DNA from: a bacterium
GTDB lineage: Bacteria > Patescibacteriota > Saccharimonadia > Saccharimonadales > Saccharimonadaceae
Assembly (NCBI GenBank): GCA_030429975.1
Contig: JAUIGB010000001.1
Location: 44,190-108,189 of the forward strand
Direction: 5' to 3'
Length of the DNA: 64,000 nt
Shown: positions 27,679 to 37,580 of the stretch, piece after piece
How the letters are laid out: every line of letters starts with the position of its first letter
How positions within the stretch are numbered: the first letter of the stretch is position 1
Position numbers and translations under genes: made by a program
The notes under the pieces: model-generated
Told to the model about the DNA's origin: nothing
What the model saw: the letters and a program-made list of their open reading frames with translations, nothing else
The model's database searches: none

Positions 27679-28713
27679 TTATTGCGTGTACTCCGAGAAT
27701 TGCTGACGAAAATAGTCCAGTTCTCCGCCTTGCGCTAACTGCTCTCGTAGTTTGTACATGGCGCTACGCGATGTGCCATTTACCTTTCGTCGATTTATGT
27801 TGAGTACCTGCGCGACGGTATCCATATCCTGGCCCTCGGCGATATATAGCCTCACCACGTCTTTTTCTAGTAGTGTCAAGCAGCTGTTGGCAAGCATCTT
27901 CGCGACGTTATCTACCAGTTCGGGTACTATTTCCATTTTCGCAACCAAGTCCTCGACGGGAGCTTGCACAGGATCAGAGATGGCGTCGCCCATCTCTAGC
28001 AACGAACCATCGCTCCCCTCGATCTCACGATTTAGGCTGTCCATATCCCAGACCATCGTACGCAGTTCATCTACCTGTTTTGGTGTTAGCTTCTTTTTGC
28101 GGCCATTGTTCATCTCTTCATACAAAACATCGTCACTAACATCAGAACCATGCTCGTTCTTGAAATCACGTTTTATGGTATGCATTTTTTGAATTAATAC
28201 ACTGCTATCATATGGTATCTGTATGGATCTGCCCTGCCGATGAATCGCCTTGCTGATGCTCGAGCGAATCCACGTATAGGCGTAATGACCAAAACTAGAG
28301 CCTTTTGAGTTATTTGGGTCAAACAATTCTACCGCCCTAATCAGACCTAGATTACCTTCCTGAATCAGGTCCATTTCATCCAGTCCTTTGTTTTTGTATT
28401 TTTGCGCCAATTCAAACACGAGACCAGTATTTGCACTCACGATATCGTTTCGCGCAGCTAGTCCAATAGCCGCAATGTCGGCCAACTCCGCCCTTTCATC
28501 TTGCGACAAGTCTTCTTCGTTATCTATTCGATCTTGGGCCGCTATTCCCGCCTGCACTAGATCGACTAGTTCCATCATTGTTTCATCATCTAAGCGTGGG
28601 TTTTTTCGGGTATCATGCCTGTATAGACCAAATATGTCATCGCCCAGAAATTTACCTTCGTGTGATGGAGGACACGTAGGATAAGAATCGACTTTCCGCC
28701 TCGGTTGAGTCAT
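27679..28713 (-). CDS. Sigma-70 family RNA polymerase sigma factor (alternative)
   Basis: 344 aa. Region 2 LIQEGNLGLIRAVELFDP...YAYTWIRSSISKAI. A region 4 HTH near the C-terminus. Confidence 0.8.
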   Translation of the reverse strand: MTQPRRKVDSYPTCPPSHEGKFLGDDIFGLYRHDTRKNPRLDDETMMELVDLVQAGIAAQDRIDNEEDLSQDERAELADIAAIGLAARNDIVSANTGLVFELAQKYKNKGLDEMDLIQEGNLGLIRAVELFDPNNSKGSSFGHYAYTWIRSSISKAIHRQGRSIQIPYDSSVLIQKMHTIKRDFKNEHGSDVSDDVLYEEMNNGRKKKLTPKQVDELRTMVWDMDSLNREIEGSDGSLLEMGDAISDPVQAPVEDLVAKMEIVPELVDNVAKMLANSCLTLLEKDVVRLYIAEGQDMDTVAQVLNINRRKVNGTSRSAMYKLREQLAQGGELDYFRQQFSEYTQ

Positions 28714-28755
28714 AATGTTTGCTATTATACAACTTTATTGACTATTATTCAACGT

Positions 28756-29715
28756 TTAGTTCAGATATTCGCGAAGTTCTTCGATATCTTTGTGTTGTCG
28801 TAGTGACTCTTCCGCCTGTATGCATAGTTCCTTTATAGTCGAATATGGCAACTTCAGTATTGAACGAAGTTGAGTTAGATTTTTTACCTCACCGTCGTCC
28901 AGACCATACATGCCCCTTATCACAATCTGCTCTTCAAAGGATAAATCACTTATTACATTACTCAGTACTTGCTCTAGCGAATCACGAATGACTATGTTTT
29001 CTGGTTGTTTTTCGGCACGTTCGTTCAATGTATCACCTAGAGTTATCTGTTCACCGCCGTTTCCTATGGGTATGGCAAAACTAACATGATCGTTGCCGTA
29101 GTTGCTTAGTGTCCTAACTTCATCCTCCGTTTCGCCTGTTGCTTCGACCAATTCTTCGACACTAGGCTCACGACCCAGCTCTTCGGCTACTTTTTTTCGA
29201 ATCTTACTAAACTTGCTCAGTTTTTCCCCTTCTTTCCTAGAAACTGCTCCCTGTAAGGATTGGCTAAAGAAACTCCGAACGACATATTGCGTTATCTTGC
29301 CATATGCCCAGCTGCTGAATTGACCTGGTTTGTTATTGTCATAGGTATTAATGGCGTGCATCAAACCCATGTTTGCTTCTTGCACCAGATCCGCGAACGT
29401 CACACCCCTTCCCTTATATCGATTGGCGAAGTTCAGCACCATGTCTACATTTGCCTCGAACAGGTCACACTTTGCTCGTTCGCCCTCGGCAATAATCCCT
29501 CGTAAGGTTTCGTACTCGTCGTTATCTATATCAATGAGCTCACAAGCGTCCTTGCCTGCCCGTACTTTGGCTATTAGATCATCCGCGTCTATGTCATCAG
29601 GCCCTAATAGCTCAGCCCTACCTGTCCGTAGCGCATAGTATTTGCGCCATTCGTCAGTAGGTTCCGCGGATATTGCGCGGCTGTTGGTAGAAAATTCTAA
29701 AAAATTCGTGCTCAT
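28756..29715 (-). CDS. Sigma-70 family RNA polymerase sigma factor (alternative)
   Basis: 319 aa. Region 2 LVQEANMGLMHAINTYD...SSWAYGKITQYVVRSF. A region 4 HTH is present. Confidence 0.8.
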   Translation of the reverse strand: MSTNFLEFSTNSRAISAEPTDEWRKYYALRTGRAELLGPDDIDADDLIAKVRAGKDACELIDIDNDEYETLRGIIAEGERAKCDLFEANVDMVLNFANRYKGRGVTFADLVQEANMGLMHAINTYDNNKPGQFSSWAYGKITQYVVRSFFSQSLQGAVSRKEGEKLSKFSKIRKKVAEELGREPSVEELVEATGETEDEVRTLSNYGNDHVSFAIPIGNGGEQITLGDTLNERAEKQPENIVIRDSLEQVLSNVISDLSFEEQIVIRGMYGLDDGEVKNLTQLRSILKLPYSTIKELCIQAEESLRQHKDIEELREYLN

Positions 29716-29821
29716 AGCTAATTGGTTTTATCTTTCAGATACTATACCCCGAAAATCAAGACTTGCAAGCATAGGCACATCTGTTGACGAAGCCACCAAA
29801 CGGGCGTACTATTGGCACACT

Positions 29822-30520
29822 ATGGCAAAAACATTTCATATTGCAATTATTCCAGATGGCAACCGAAGATGGGCCAAAAAGCACGGTATCAGAGGATACG
29901 GTAAGTTATACGACATAGCAATCAATAGCCTAGTGGACATAGCAGAGGAAGCGTTCGAGCAGAATGTCACACACCTCACTATGTGGGGCAGTTCACACGC
30001 CAACCTTGCCGACCGTTCCGGGGCTTTTTTCAAGGGCATCGATAAGGCATTTCGCGAGAATATACATCGTTTTTCCGAACATCCAGTCATAGAAAAACAC
30101 GACGTGCGCATCAACATCATCGGCGAGTGGCGCAGCAGTTTAACACCAAAAACAATAGAGGCGTTTGAACAAGCCATGCAAAAAACATCGCATCACAAAT
30201 CACGTGAACTTACGTTATTGATAGACTACAGCGGTGATCGTGAACGGACAGACGCTATAAAATCTATAATTAAAAATCCAAAGGGTAATCCAGAAGAACT
30301 ACTGCGCGAACATAGCTGGACAGGCCATCTACCTGACGTAGATTTAGTTATTCGTACAGGCTCATGGCAAGATCCGCACAATAGTGCAGGTTTCCTCAGT
30401 CTACTGGTCGACGAATCTCAACTATACTTACCCAAACTCTATTGGCCGGACTTTACTCCAAGCGAATTAAAAAAGGCACTGGACGATTATCATTCTCGTC
30501 AGCGCCGACATGGCAAATAG
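29822..30520 (+). CDS. uppS: Undecaprenyl-diphosphate synthase (cis-prenyltransferase)
   Basis: HIAIIPDGNRRWAKKHG motif. Start moved to ATG 29822 because the track extension overlaps the sigma gene on the other strand. Confidence 0.9.
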   Translation: MAKTFHIAIIPDGNRRWAKKHGIRGYGKLYDIAINSLVDIAEEAFEQNVTHLTMWGSSHANLADRSGAFFKGIDKAFRENIHRFSEHPVIEKHDVRINIIGEWRSSLTPKTIEAFEQAMQKTSHHKSRELTLLIDYSGDRERTDAIKSIIKNPKGNPEELLREHSWTGHLPDVDLVIRTGSWQDPHNSAGFLSLLVDESQLYLPKLYWPDFTPSELKKALDDYHSRQRRHGK

Positions 30521-30526
30521 TAAACA

Positions 30527-30781
30527 CTAGTCAAAGATATTCTGTCGTTCATCGGGCGTATGCGCACCCCATATACCCGTATTGATGTCGTGCTGAATAG
30601 CGTATAGCAAGCAATCATCCACGACTATACATTGTCTGCATATCTCTTTGGCGGCTTTCTCGCGAGCCGACCTTTCATCGAGAGTCTCGGACGCGGTGCC
30701 AAAATGTATATCAGGTGACATATTCCTGCAACGGCCTTGTTGCTGGATTTTCTCTAATTTTGGTTCGTATGATGTTGCCAT
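30527..30781 (-). CDS. WhiB-like (Wbl) Fe-S transcription factor
   Basis: 84 aa. C18-x29-C48-x2-C51-x5-C57 followed by GIWGA. Confidence 0.75.
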   Translation of the reverse strand: MATSYEPKLEKIQQQGRCRNMSPDIHFGTASETLDERSAREKAAKEICRQCIVVDDCLLYAIQHDINTGIWGAHTPDERQNIFD

Positions 30782-30786
30782 TTAAC

Positions 30787-31104
30787 CTACCTGATTCGTC
30801 GTCTTTCGCGTCGCGTTTTAAGCATTGCTTCTCTTTCGGACTCTGTTTTGCCACCCCAAATACCGTACCTTTCAGGCCTGCGTAGTGCCGCGTCCAAACA
30901 TTCGTCTGCCACAAAACACCTTGCGCAAATATCCTTTGCTCTCTGTTCTAACTCGGCCCGAATCTCGTTTCCTTCCCTGCCCCTCAACCCTTCAGGCGTA
31001 AAGAATATTTCCGGGTCTTCACCATAACACTGCGCCAGAGATTGCCACTCAGGAGCGCCCTCTGGGCGCCCTAAACTCTCATACGGATTGTTTTCTCCAT
31101 TCAT
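30787..31104 (-). CDS. WhiB-like (Wbl) Fe-S transcription factor
   Basis: 105 aa. C26-x33-C60-x2-C63-x5-C69 followed by GIWGG and a basic C-terminal tail RRERRRIR. Confidence 0.8.
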   Translation of the reverse strand: MNGENNPYESLGRPEGAPEWQSLAQCYGEDPEIFFTPEGLRGREGNEIRAELEQRAKDICARCFVADECLDAALRRPERYGIWGGKTESEREAMLKTRRERRRIR

Positions 31105-31176
31105 TAGCTTATATTATAAACTCTTACCTATTTATTTGCAAGTGTCGTATCTCTGTTTCGTCTGGTACAATGGTTC

Positions 31177-31761
31177 GTGATGTCAAAACACGAGAATCTA
31201 AAAATAATCGCATTCGTCGGACTATCCGGCACCGGTAAAACAACTGCCGTCGAATATCTAACAGAAAAGGGCTACCCCAAAGTATACTTTGGCGGAATCG
31301 TACTAGACGAGGTAAAGCGACGCGGACTAGAACTAACCCAAGAAAACGAACAACCTATTCGCGAGGAATTACGTGAACGTGAAGGTAAGGATTTCGTCGT
31401 CAAACGAATCGTCCAGCAAATCCATGATCTTGTTGACGCTGGCCAACACAGAATAGTAGCGGACGGTTTGTATACCTGGACCGAATACAAGGTACTAAAA
31501 AAGGGATTTCCTGGCGAATTATCAGTAATAGCGGTGGTGGCACCTCGTCACTTACGCAAGCGTCGCCTAGCCAAAAGGCCTGTTCGCCCACTCACATCAG
31601 ACCAGGTAGATCAGCGCGACTGGGCCGAGATTGAAAACCTAGAAAAAGGTGGACCAATCGCTATCGCCGATTATTTCCTGCATAACGAAGACGATCTAGA
31701 CCATTTCCATCAACAAATCGACAATGCTCTAGAACACTTCGAATTTTTCGAATCCAAATAG
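31177..31761 (+). CDS. P-loop nucleotide kinase (dNMP-kinase / dephospho-CoA-kinase-like)
   Basis: 194 aa with Walker A GLSGTGKTT. Substrate not assignable. Confidence 0.55.
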   Translation: MMSKHENLKIIAFVGLSGTGKTTAVEYLTEKGYPKVYFGGIVLDEVKRRGLELTQENEQPIREELREREGKDFVVKRIVQQIHDLVDAGQHRIVADGLYTWTEYKVLKKGFPGELSVIAVVAPRHLRKRRLAKRPVRPLTSDQVDQRDWAEIENLEKGGPIAIADYFLHNEDDLDHFHQQIDNALEHFEFFESK

Positions 31762-31769
31762 TGTACAGA

Positions 31770-32858
31770 CTACCCTAGGTATTCGTGCAGTTTCTTTGAA
31801 TCTTTATGCTTGCGTAGTTTTGCCAAAGCTTTTGCTTCAATCTGACGAATACGTTCACGAGTAACGGCAAATTCCTGCCCCACTTCTTCGAGCGTGTGCG
31901 ATTTACCACCTTCTAGCCCAAAGCGCATTTTGATGATTTTTTGTTCGCGATCAGAAAGCGTGGACAACACAGATTGCACTTGTTCTTTTAACAACTGATT
32001 GGTCGCGGATTCCTCCGGGGTGGCGCTGTCCTCATCTTCGATAAACTCACCCAGCGTGCTGTCTTCGTCTTCGCCATCACGACCAACGCCCGCATCCAGG
32101 CTGGTAATATCCTGTTTAATTTTGATAACGTATTCAACCTTCTCTGGCTCCATCTCTAGTTCTTTGGCCAGTTCCTCGATAGTTGGTTCACGATTTAACT
32201 CTTGCGTCATTCGGCGCTGCGTACGCAACAGCTTGTTGATCGTTTCGACCATGTGCACGGGAATACGGATAGTACGCGCTTGATCCGCAATCGCACGAGT
32301 AATCGCTTGGCGAATCCACCAAGTGGCATACGTGCTAAATTTGAATCCCTTGTCCGGATCAAACTTCTCTACAGCTCGTAGCAGTCCCGTATTTCCTTCT
32401 TGGATCAAATCTAGAAAATCTAGTCCACGACCGCTATAGCGTTTCGCGATAGACACCACCAGGCGCATATTTGCTTCGGCCATTTTGTCCTTTGGCTTGC
32501 TGAGCTTTACTGCGCGCGATTCAAGCTTACCGCGCTCGCTGGCTGATAGGTCTTCTTCCTTTAGCTTGGCCGTTAATTCTTCTAGCTCATCGTGATTCGC
32601 GACGATCTCTTGCGCCAATGCCAGCTCTTCTTCGCCCGAAAGCAGTGGAATTTTTCCGATTTCACGCAAATACAGACGCACGCTGTCATCGCTGATATCA
32701 TCCAAATATTGGCTATCATTCAGAGTTTCTTCGTCGATTTCCTCTTCTTCGTTTAATTCATCGACCATCGGCTCTTCGATGTCGTTCAGGTTACTACTAG
32801 CTTGCGCGTCTTCCTGCTGATCATTATCTAGTTGTAGATCGTCATCATTATCTGGCAT
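31770..32858 (-). CDS. rpoD: Primary sigma factor RpoD
   Basis: 362 aa with an acidic N-terminus, [34 protein letters not shown], and region 4 [21 protein letters not shown]. Confidence 0.95.
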   Translation of the reverse strand: MPDNDDDLQLDNDQQEDAQASSNLNDIEEPMVDELNEEEEIDEETLNDSQYLDDISDDSVRLYLREIGKIPLLSGEEELALAQEIVANHDELEELTAKLKEEDLSASERGKLESRAVKLSKPKDKMAEANMRLVVSIAKRYSGRGLDFLDLIQEGNTGLLRAVEKFDPDKGFKFSTYATWWIRQAITRAIADQARTIRIPVHMVETINKLLRTQRRMTQELNREPTIEELAKELEMEPEKVEYVIKIKQDITSLDAGVGRDGEDEDSTLGEFIEDEDSATPEESATNQLLKEQVQSVLSTLSDREQKIIKMRFGLEGGKSHTLEEVGQEFAVTRERIRQIEAKALAKLRKHKDSKKLHEYLG

Positions 32859-34608
32859 TCTTTTCTCCTCTTATTAGTTCACTAAACTGACGATATAGTT
32901 CATCAGCCTCGGCTTCGTCGCCGCGATCTCGTGCTTCTTTTTCCATCTGTTTTATTTTTGCTTTTTTGTAGTTCATTTGTAGCTTGTTCAATTGTTTAGT
33001 GGCGGATGCTATTCGATTTTCGCTATTCCAGGCCACGTTATCCATATCTGGATGTAATAACAACATTGTCACATACTTTTCATACTGCTGCAAGCTTGAG
33101 GGTGTTGACTGTACCTCTTTGGATGAATGCTTCGAAAAGTACCGTGCAACCGCTTTTCGCTCGTCCCCCTCAAATATCTGCCACTCTTTGTCGGCAATTA
33201 GCTTCTGAACTTTTGGATCAGTCAATGCAATCGCCAGCAACGCGTCCTGATTGCGATCACGCGTCATTTTTTCTACCGGCGCCTTGTTTTTGACGTTCTT
33301 TAGGGGTTTATTGGTAGCAAGAGATTCTTTGGCATTTTTTAATTTAGTTATTACGGCCTCTTTGCTCGTATCCGTCATGTCGGCGATTTTTGCCATGTAG
33401 TGTTCCTGCTCTACTGGGTCTTTTAGCGCGTTTATAACCGATAACGCCGCCGACGTGAATGATGACTTTCCATGTGCGGTTCGTAAATCCTCTCTGGCGG
33501 CAAACTGTTTTATTACCCAATCCACAACCGGCTCGCTGTTATCTATGGATTTTTGCCACTTGTCTGCGCCTATTTGTATCAATTCGTCAGGGTCCTTCGC
33601 GTCATCCGTTAGCGTTACTATGGTCAATTCAACCTCGACATTTTGCGCGATAGGTATCGCCCTCTCCGTTGCCGCAAGCCCCGCCTTGTCACCATCAAAA
33701 GCCAATCGTATATTGCCAGACAGCCGCGACAACGCTCGTAAATGATGCTCTGTCATGGCCGTTCCAGCCGTTGCCACTACCTGTTTGATATCAACCTGAT
33801 GACTACTAACAACGTCCAAATTTCCTTCTACCACGACTGCGTAATCAGCCTTGCGAATAGACTCCTTTGCCTGCGACAATCCAAATACGTGGCGACTCTT
33901 GTCATACAACAAAGTCTGTGGAGTATTCAAATATTTCGGTGCTTTTGGATCGTCACGAATAATCCTTCCGGTAAAACCAACCACTTGTCCGGACGTATCC
34001 ATCAGCGGAACCATCATTCGTCCACGGAATAAATCACCGCCGTATTGGTTCGCCAAACCACCGTCCTTTAACTCTTTTTCGCTATATCCCTTTCTCTTTA
34101 GCAGTGGCACTAATGCGTTACCGCTATCAGGTGCATAGCCTATACGAAAATCCTGAACAACTGCCTTGTTCATACCCCTCTTCTTGAAAATATATTCCTG
34201 CGCGTGAGGATTCTGAAGCAGAGTTTTTTGGTAATAGGTCGCGGCCATGTCATGCATCTCTAGCATGCGCTTTTTGCGCTTGGCAAACTCTTGCGAGTCA
34301 CTTCCTTGATACATTGATAGGTCAACGCCCGTTCTCCGTGCCAACATCTCTAGTGCCTGACGGAAGTCCATACCCTCGACCTCCATAACGAATGCAAATA
34401 CATCTCCACCCTTGCCCGAACTAAAATCATGCCAAATATGTTTATCGGGGCTAACGAAAAAACTGGCGGATTTTTCACCAGTAAAAGGGCTCAGTCCCTT
34501 AAAGCTACGTCCCGCGCGCTTTAACTGTACGTACTCGCCGATGACATCTTCGATGTTCAGCCTAGATCGTACTTCCTCCTTTGCATCTTGCATGTTTGTA
34601 GTATACAT
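32848..34608 (-). CDS. dnaG: DNA primase DnaG (zinc ligands substituted)
   Basis: 586 aa with [16 protein letters not shown] and DGDKAG. Overlaps rpoD by 11 nt. The N-terminal zinc-ribbon positions read S40, T43, D61 and S64. Confidence 0.9.
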   Translation of the reverse strand: MYTTNMQDAKEEVRSRLNIEDVIGEYVQLKRAGRSFKGLSPFTGEKSASFFVSPDKHIWHDFSSGKGGDVFAFVMEVEGMDFRQALEMLARRTGVDLSMYQGSDSQEFAKRKKRMLEMHDMAATYYQKTLLQNPHAQEYIFKKRGMNKAVVQDFRIGYAPDSGNALVPLLKRKGYSEKELKDGGLANQYGGDLFRGRMMVPLMDTSGQVVGFTGRIIRDDPKAPKYLNTPQTLLYDKSRHVFGLSQAKESIRKADYAVVVEGNLDVVSSHQVDIKQVVATAGTAMTEHHLRALSRLSGNIRLAFDGDKAGLAATERAIPIAQNVEVELTIVTLTDDAKDPDELIQIGADKWQKSIDNSEPVVDWVIKQFAAREDLRTAHGKSSFTSAALSVINALKDPVEQEHYMAKIADMTDTSKEAVITKLKNAKESLATNKPLKNVKNKAPVEKMTRDRNQDALLAIALTDPKVQKLIADKEWQIFEGDERKAVARYFSKHSSKEVQSTPSSLQQYEKYVTMLLLHPDMDNVAWNSENRIASATKQLNKLQMNYKKAKIKQMEKEARDRGDEAEADELYRQFSELIRGEKNAR

Positions 34609-34709
34609 CGTTGCACCCCTATAAAAGAAGCACGAGTACTACTGTTTGAGTTTTAGTGATCGCTCTGCATATACTATTTACCTCTGTAAATGCATATGCT
34701 TTAATAGAG

Positions 34710-35477
34710 ATGATGAATCCTGAACAACAAAATCAAAATCCAGGCACACCTACGCCCCCTCCGACACCGGTGGCTCCTCCGCCCAATCCTACTCCCGCTC
34801 CTACGCCTCCACCTGCCGGACCACCACTGCCACGACCTAGGCAACCCCAGGCACCAGCCGAACCAAAATACAGCACCGGCCAGATGTCCTATGATCCAAA
34901 CTATCTGGACTCCATCGCCCCACAGGCACCAGCGCCGTCATTTTTTAGTGGATCTTTCGGCAAGATATTCTTTGTCATGATTGGTCTGTTCGTGCTGGCC
35001 GTCAGCCTCATCGTCGCGTTTAGCGGTCGCGACAACACCAAGGACTTGCAACAAATGGTGGTACGCCTAGAGAATATGGAAAAGGTGGTTGGGTCCGTAC
35101 ACGATGACTTCAAGAGTAACAACCTAAAAACAATCAATGTTCAGTTAGACACCTGGCTAGCCAATAATCGCCGAGAGGGTCAAGAATTGCTGGATATAGG
35201 CGGTGTTAAAAGAACGGACTTTTCAAAAGAAATGATACGCTCCGAAGAGACATACGCGTCAGAATTAGAAGCAAAATTCGAAGACGCTCGTTTAAGCGCT
35301 CGCCTGCACAGAGTCTACAAAACTACCATAGTCATAGAGATAGACAAAATAATAAACGTATTCAAAAAGATGCAAAAAAACCCTTCCCCGCAAATCCGTG
35401 AATACGCAGAAAGCGCAGTTAAAAACGTCGAACCTATCCAAAAACAATTTGACGAGTTCGAGGACGACGGAAACTAA
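34710..35477 (+). CDS. Hypothetical membrane protein with Pro-rich N-terminus
   Basis: MMNPEQQNQNPGTPTPPPTP..., one TM helix, then a helical C-terminal domain. The track ORF begins at 34656; ATG 34710 is preferred. Confidence 0.55.
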   Translation: MMNPEQQNQNPGTPTPPPTPVAPPPNPTPAPTPPPAGPPLPRPRQPQAPAEPKYSTGQMSYDPNYLDSIAPQAPAPSFFSGSFGKIFFVMIGLFVLAVSLIVAFSGRDNTKDLQQMVVRLENMEKVVGSVHDDFKSNNLKTINVQLDTWLANNRREGQELLDIGGVKRTDFSKEMIRSEETYASELEAKFEDARLSARLHRVYKTTIVIEIDKIINVFKKMQKNPSPQIREYAESAVKNVEPIQKQFDEFEDDGN

Positions 35478-35803
35478 CCCGCCACTAGTTCGTAGCTGTG
35501 GCGTGCTAGGTCAAAAATCTCTTCGTCAGTTAACTGACCACTGCAAACAATCGTATTCCAATGCTTTTTGTTTAAATGATAACCAGGCAATACACTTTCG
35601 TACTTTTCGCGCAAATGTTCCGCTAGCTTTGGGTCACATTTTAGGCTGACGCGCAGCGGATCGCTGTTTTCGGCCACGATCGCGACTATCTTGCCCTCGG
35701 GCTGATCCCCGGCCTTGTACACCGCTACATCTTCGCCAAAAGGATAATCTAACCAAACCTTTGGCAAAGTTAATATAAAATCTTCGAACTTTTTGTGCTC
35801 CAC
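35474..35803 (-). CDS. MmcQ/YjbR-family protein
   Basis: 109 aa. DYPFGEDVAVYK...KCDP...PGYHLNKKHWNT pattern. Confidence 0.6.
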   Translation of the reverse strand: MEHKKFEDFILTLPKVWLDYPFGEDVAVYKAGDQPEGKIVAIVAENSDPLRVSLKCDPKLAEHLREKYESVLPGYHLNKKHWNTIVCSGQLTDEEIFDLARHSYELVAG

Positions 35804-36355
35804 CTACTTGACCCTTACTTTTCCTAAGTAATACTTCAATTCCATTATACTGCCGCGGATATCGTCCAGTGCACGATGTTCTTCGGCCTTGGCAAAACGT
35901 TTGTTGTATTTGCCATCAAACACAACTTTCCAGGCGCTGACATCCAGCATGCGGTAGTGTAATCTCTTGTTCAATCGTGGCCATTCGTTTTCGATAAATT
36001 TGCGATCCTGATGAATTGAATTGCCCGCCAGTAACACTGGTTCATCAGCGTCGAAATGCTTTTCGATGAGTTCTAGCAGTTCGTTTTCGACGATTCGACC
36101 GTTTTTTGCTTTGTCCGATTTGTTTTGTTCAACCAGCGCATCGCGTACCTTTGGAAACTTGTCCCAAAAATCCTTGCCAACCTTCATTCGTTTCTCTACC
36201 AGTCCAGGACCAACCTGCTTCACTGCCTCATACACGGCAACTTCCTTGAAATCCCAATCCGTGACTATAGCAGCCACCTCTAATATTCTGTCCTCTACGG
36301 GATCCAGTCCGGTCATCTCTAGGTCCACCCATAGAAGTTTTGCTTTCGTACTCAT
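35804..36355 (-). CDS. orn: Oligoribonuclease
   Basis: 183 aa. DEDDh motifs WVDLEMTGLD, NSIHQDRKF and HRALDDIRGSI. Confidence 0.9.
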   Translation of the reverse strand: MSTKAKLLWVDLEMTGLDPVEDRILEVAAIVTDWDFKEVAVYEAVKQVGPGLVEKRMKVGKDFWDKFPKVRDALVEQNKSDKAKNGRIVENELLELIEKHFDADEPVLLAGNSIHQDRKFIENEWPRLNKRLHYRMLDVSAWKVVFDGKYNKRFAKAEEHRALDDIRGSIMELKYYLGKVRVK

Positions 36356-36386
36356 ACATCATAGTATAAACTATTATCTACTAGTC

Positions 36387-36980
36387 ATGAATTTCCACGA
36401 AAAGCCAATTGGTCGATGTAATCATGCGGTCGATCCCAACCCCAACAACCCCGCACCACCAGAGGTGTTGTCAAAGATTATAGGTGTCCGAGTAGCCTAT
36501 CTATCTTTTGACGGCAAGGATCGTACGGGAGTCATAGAGATTCATGAGGATCTAGAGCAAGATATTGTTGAGTTTTTTGACTATGCATACAATACCGTAG
36601 GTTTTCCATTCGAAACAGTCGCGCCAGCTAGCGCGATTCCCTATCGCTACCAAGACAGGCTATTGCTCGACAATAATGTAACATCTGGATTCAACTACCG
36701 TAATACCAACAACAGCGAGCGATTATCAACACACGCCTTGGGTCGCGCGTTTGACGTGAACCCAAAAATTAATCCGCAAAACACGTATAGTGACGGCAGG
36801 CTCGTCGACAGCCAACCAGCGATAAAAAGACGCCATCTACATGAACATTTGATTGGTGGACGTTTAGACAAGGACCATAAGCTAGTTCAGTTTATGCGCG
36901 ATCGCGACTGGATTTGGGGAGGAGATTGGACAGAAGACAGTGGACATATAAATCTGCAACATTTTGAAAAACCGGAATAG
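36387..36980 (+). CDS. M15-family (VanY / D-Ala-D-Ala carboxypeptidase-like) zinc peptidase
   Basis: HALGRAFD (Hx6D) and GGDW...D.GH..LQHF motifs. The track ORF start at 36021 is an antisense extension over orn. Confidence 0.75.
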   Translation: MNFHEKPIGRCNHAVDPNPNNPAPPEVLSKIIGVRVAYLSFDGKDRTGVIEIHEDLEQDIVEFFDYAYNTVGFPFETVAPASAIPYRYQDRLLLDNNVTSGFNYRNTNNSERLSTHALGRAFDVNPKINPQNTYSDGRLVDSQPAIKRRHLHEHLIGGRLDKDHKLVQFMRDRDWIWGGDWTEDSGHINLQHFEKPE

Positions 36981-36988
36981 GAAATAAT

Positions 36989-37579
36989 ATGAGCGAACTA
37001 GAAAAACCAGCGCACGAACACAATTACGAAGTAAAGGACAACCCGTTAAACCCTGCCCCACCTGAGATACTGCGTGAAATCACAGGCGTCGAGGTGATAT
37101 ACATGAACAACCACGATGGTGGTGAAACCACAGGATTCATCGAGGTTCATGAGAGTCTAGCGGATGACGTGCGTAAATTTTTTGCACGAGCGCTGGAAAT
37201 TGGCTTTCCAATCGACAAAGTTGAAACGGCTAGTAATCCAAAGTACTACCATGAGGACGAACGGTTAATGCAGTACAACGTCACGTCGGGTTTTAACTAT
37301 CGAACAATCGCCGGCACCAACAAGCCTTCCATGCATGCACTAGGCCGAGCCATCGATGTAAATCCAAAACTAAACCCCTATACTAAATATGACAGCGACG
37401 GCAATGTTATCGAAACAAAGCCAGAAGGTGCCGTCTATGACCCAGATAGAAACGCTGGTACTCTTACTGCCGATCACGAACTAGTAATCCTAATGAAGGA
37501 ACTAGGCTGGGAATGGGGTGGAGACTGGACGCCAGAGTCTGGACGCGTCGACCTGCACCATTTTCAAAAACCAGCGTAA
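36989..37579 (+). CDS. M15-family zinc peptidase, tandem paralogue
   Basis: Same layout as 36387-36980: NPAPPE..., SGFNYR, HALGRAIDVNPK, WGGDWT..SG..DL.HFQKP. Confidence 0.75.
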   Translation: MSELEKPAHEHNYEVKDNPLNPAPPEILREITGVEVIYMNNHDGGETTGFIEVHESLADDVRKFFARALEIGFPIDKVETASNPKYYHEDERLMQYNVTSGFNYRTIAGTNKPSMHALGRAIDVNPKLNPYTKYDSDGNVIETKPEGAVYDPDRNAGTLTADHELVILMKELGWEWGGDWTPESGRVDLHHFQKPA

Positions 37580-37580
37580 C

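Noticed and set aside
36021-36386. 5' part of the 319-aa plus-strand ORF
   Set aside because: This part is antisense to orn and low complexity (S/T/F-rich). The M15 peptidase homology starts at ATG 36387, in line with its 196-aa paralogue.
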